A stretch of 64,000 bases of DNA from Camelus dromedarius (Eukaryota): positions 22,880,001-22,944,000 of the forward strand of contig NC_087436.1 in NCBI RefSeq assembly GCF_036321535.1. Reading direction: 5' to 3'. Position numbers and translations under genes: made by a program. Below the pieces are notes generated by a model, which worked only from the letters and a program-made list of their open reading frames with translations, did no database searches and had not been told where the DNA came from. Each line of letters starts with the position of its first letter. Position 1 is the first letter of the stretch. Shown here piece after piece: positions 60,189 to 64,000 of the stretch.

Positions 60189-61905
60189 TTCTTATACTAT
60201 ACACAAAAATAAACTCCAAATACTTTTAAAACTTAACCGTAAAACCTGAAACCATAAAGCTCCTAGAAGGAAACATGGCAGTATGCTCTTTGATATCAGT
60301 CTTAGCAATATTTTTTTGAATGTCTCCTCAGGCAAGGGAAACAAAAACAAAACTGAGCAAATGGGACTATATCAAATTAAAAAACCTTTGCACAGTGAAG
60401 AAAACTATCAGCAAAACAAAAAGGCTGACTACTGAATGGAAGAAGATATTTGCAAATGATATATCCAATAAGGAGTTAATAAACAAATTATAAAAAGAAC
60501 TCATACAACTCAACATCAAAAAAACAAACAGCCAGATTAAAAAATGGGCAGAGGTCCTTAAAAGACATTTTTCCAAAGAAGACACACAGACGGCCAACAG
60601 GCACATAAAAAGATGCTCAGCCTCACTCATCATCAGGGAAATGCAAATCAAAACCACAGTGAGATATCACCTCACAGCTGTCAGAATGGCTGTTAACAAA
60701 AGGATAACAAACAACAAGTGTTGGCCAGGTTGTAGAAAAAAAGGGTACTCTGATGCACTGTTAGTGGAAGGTAAATTGGTGTAGCCACTATGGAAAACAT
60801 TATGGAAGTTTCTCAAAAAAAGTAAACTAGAACTACCAAAGGATCCAGCAGTTCTACTTCTGGGTATTTATCTGAAGAAAAAGAAAACACTAATTCAAAA
60901 AGATAACCATTCTTACCTTCATTGTAGCATTATTTGCAGTAGCCAAGATATGGAAAGAATCTAATTGACCATCAGTAGGTGGATGGATAAGGAAGTTGTA
61001 GTGTGTATACATATATATGTATGTGCATATATGTGTACACACATACATTATGGAATATTACTTGGCCATAAAAAATAAAATCTTGCCATTTGTGACAGCA
61101 CAGATGCATCTGGAGCGTATTTTGCAAAGTGAAAAGAGTAAGACAGAGAAAGACAGATACCATATGAATTTACTTGTACATGTAATCTAAAAATCAAAAC
61201 AAATGAACAAACATAACAAAACAGAAACAGAGTCATATTTACAGAAAACAAACAAGCAGTTACTAGAGGGGAGGGGGACAGGGGATGAGAGAAATAGATG
61301 AGAGAGATTGAGGTACAACTTGCAGTTACAAAATAGTCACAGGTATAAAATGTGCAATGTGAAGAATATAGTCAGTAATAACATAATATCTTTGGTGGCA
61401 GGTGGTAACTAGACTTATCATGGTGATCATTTTGTAACATACAGAAATATCAAAACACTATGTTGTCCACCGGGAATTTACATAGTGTTGTAGGTCAATT
61501 ATACTTCAAAAACAAACTCATAATAAAAGAGATCAGACTTATGGTTACTAGAGATGGGAGGTGGCCAGAGAGGGCATTGGATGAAGGCAGTTAAAAAGTA
61601 CAAGTTTCCAGTTAGTTGTAAAATAAATAAGTACTAGGGTTAAAATGTCAACATGATAAATATAATTAACACTGCTGTATGTTATATATGAAAGTTGTTA
61701 AGAGAGTAAATCCTACGAGTTCTTATGATAAGGAAAGAAAATTCTTCTTTTTCTTTTATTTTGTATCTGTCTGAGATGATAGATGTTCACTAAACTTACT
61801 GTGGTCATCATTTCATGATGTTTGTAAGTCAAATCATTATACTGTACACCTTAAACTTATATAGTGCTATATGTTAATTATATTGCAATAAAACTGAAAG
61901 GGAAA
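60189..61905 (+). mobile_element. 5'-truncated L1 (ORF2 3' part plus long 3' UTR), L1MA-type
   Basis: acacaaaaataaactcc, aaatgggactatatcaaattaaaaaacctttgcaca ([11 protein letters not shown]), gacatttttccaaagaagac, cagggaaatgcaaatcaaaaccaca; ends caataaaactgaaa. Confidence 0.93.
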
Positions 61906-61919
61906 GAAGTTTTAAGTAA

Positions 61920-62700
61920 TTTTTATGTAATTTCAGTATATGTATCCATATGTATGTATATGTTTTGCATATATTTCTCACTAATGATTTTGTAAGTCTC
62001 CACATTTTAAAAAATCAGGTTTATACTTCTAGTAACAGTGTAATATTCAGTTTTATCAATTATACTCTAAAATACTTGGCTTTTCCTCCATTTAGGGGCA
62101 TTTAAATAGCTTGCAGTTAGTTTTTATTGCAAGGATCATACACATTTTAAAAATTTTATCTGTAGATAAATTTACAGCAGTGGAGTAACTGAACATATTT
62201 ATTGTCTTTTCATCAGCAGATGTCTCTCCAGATAGGTGCTATTTATAATGTCATCAGCAATGAATGAGTTTACCTATTTTCTCCATCCCAACCCCAAAGA
62301 CTTTTATTTAAAAAAAAAAAAAAGTTTTGCTGAAATATTTGCTGGCGGAATTCCCTTTATTTATATTTCTTTGATCATTGGCAATGATTTTGTGGTGGGT
62401 TATTTTTTTCACTTTCTGTGTTTCTTCTTTATTAAATTTTTGAATCTCTTGTCCACTTATCCATTAGGGGTTTGATGGTGGTCTTATTAAAAAATTTTTA
62501 ATGCCTTAATTTTTAAAAAACATTTTGAATGTTTTTTATTTTTCTAGAAATTAACCCTTGTTGTAACTGTTGTAAATTTTTTTCTCTTCCTTTAACCTTT
62601 TTTATCTTAATTCTGTTGTCCTAATAGCTCTTATTTTTACCATTTTCCTCTCGAGTGTGACACTTCTTTTTTTTTTTTTTCTGTAGATCTATTTCTTAAG
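61920..62700 (-). mobile_element. Old L1ME-like fragments flanking the younger L1
   Basis: ggggcatttaaatagcttgcag, cagcagtggagtaactg, catcagcaatgaatgag, ttatatttctttgatcattg. Confidence 0.55.
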
Positions 62701-62893
62701 TTTTTTTAGACTAATGTTCTTATCCTTAATTATGTTGGTTACACCTTTCACTTGTTATCTCTAGTACTTAATGACAGACTATTCATAATTCCTTTTTCAC
62801 TATTAGCATAATATAAACCCTTGAAACATCTAGCTTCGCCTATTCTCCCTTTTGCTTCTTACTTGTAAGGTTTCTGTCATCCCTTAGTTGAGA

Positions 62894-62994
62894 CACAACT
62901 GATATTAACAATATTTCATAATACCTTTCTCTCAAAACAAGTGCCAACCACGAACAATTGGCCTGGCCCTGCCTGTGGCTGAATATCAGGCCTG
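62894..62994. mobile_element. Ancient ~100-bp hAT-type MITE (MamRep1894-like)
   Basis: Imperfect TIRs cacaactgatatt / aatatcaggcctg; a related end (gttgttgaatattttgcatataacctctg) occurs at about 59215-59243. Confidence 0.5.
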
Positions 62995-64000
62995 CCTGCT
63001 GCTCTTATTTTGAAAATCTGTTGCTTCTACCCCAGTTCTTAGATTTTATCAGAAGAGAGAGTGAGAAATGAGAGAAGAATTATGTTGATTTCCGTCATCT
63101 TGGTATCTCTAGGTAGCTTTCACCAAACGCTGTATCTCAAAGATACTTCCTTCTTCACCTTCACAAAGTAACAGCAGCCGTTTCTTTTTCACTTACCCAC
63201 GGTTCTGACCCATCCTGGATGGCTGCATGCCAAGATGGGTCTTCCTGTAGGCTTTGTTCCCCAGTGGTCCACAGATGCATAATATCTAACATTCTGCCAG
63301 GACATTGCTGAACGGAAACCTTGCACTTCATTGTACTTCCTGCAGCGTCTTTTGGCTGCTGTGTAGCAGTTGCTGTGAATTACCTGCTACTTCTCCCCCA
63401 CCCTTATTCTGCCAAGTGATGGTGTGCTCCAGCAAGCAGCATTGCACTGGTTCCATCGAAGACTTGGCTTTCCATGGAGTATAAGATACGGCTTTAGATG
63501 ACATGGATACGTGTGCCCATGAAGGTGAAGGTAGGGTGCAGAGTAGATCTTGGCCTTTAAAGTGAGTCATGATCCTTCTTGGTTTGGGTTTTTCCCTGGT
63601 CCTTCTGTGATACCTTGTGTTTCTCGGGCAGCATCCTTTCATTGTTCTGTTTGCCTCTCTTCTGGTTAATTACAATCTCACTGGTAAGGGGTTTCTTGGG
63701 TAATTCTTCATTACAAGTGATGGCTTTGACTGCCTTTGAGTGCCAAGAGAGAAAATGACACCCTGTAGAAATATGAGGTGTATTAAATTCATTGATGAAA
63801 AAACAATATAGTTTTAACAGAAGGAGGGCTGGAAGGATTCGGAGGACCTTTACCAAAGATTGAAGAGGATTTTTTCAGGATTAGTCAGTGTATAGCCTTA
63901 CTTGTCTCTGACTGTGATCCCTGGAAGATCTTCTTGTTCCTGTGATTCAAGAGTCAGTTACATAAAGAAGTCTCTAGTGTCCATTTTAACCTAATCTGAC

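Noticed and set aside
1..64000. ORF track entries as host genes, and any prokaryotic system (operons, CRISPR, defence islands)
   Set aside because: All ORFs are 144 aa or shorter, many start at non-ATG codons, and the only recognisable homologies are L1 and Tigger relics. The sequence is mammalian and shows no regularly spaced repeat-spacer array.

Overview
This is 64 kb of AT-rich, CpG-depleted eutherian genomic DNA, most likely from a camelid (alpaca, llama or camel). That assignment rests on a tRNA-Ala-derived, Vic-1-like SINE with a target-site duplication (TSD) at 35119-35220 and several cetartiodactyl-type L1 3' ends. I recognise no host protein-coding exon, functional RNA gene or prokaryotic-type system; the window reads as a large intron or intergenic tract. 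A large part of it is interspersed repeat: L1 of several ages, HAL1/L1ME-like ORF1 relics, L2, L3/CR1, MIR, MaLR (MLT1) and ERVL LTRs, hAT MITEs (MER58, MER5, MER102) and an internally deleted Tigger2 nested in an L1 ORF2. The only ORFs with recognisable homology are transposon relics. The most notable non-repeat signals are a diverged ~150-bp direct duplication (46779-46927 / 47580-47728), a near-consensus CTCF site at 33482-33500, several motif clusters in repeat-poor blocks, and two weak exon-like candidates. Repeat family names come from recalled consensus sequences and boundaries are approximate unless a TSD or terminal inverted repeat (TIR) is cited. I found no convincing novel biological system.
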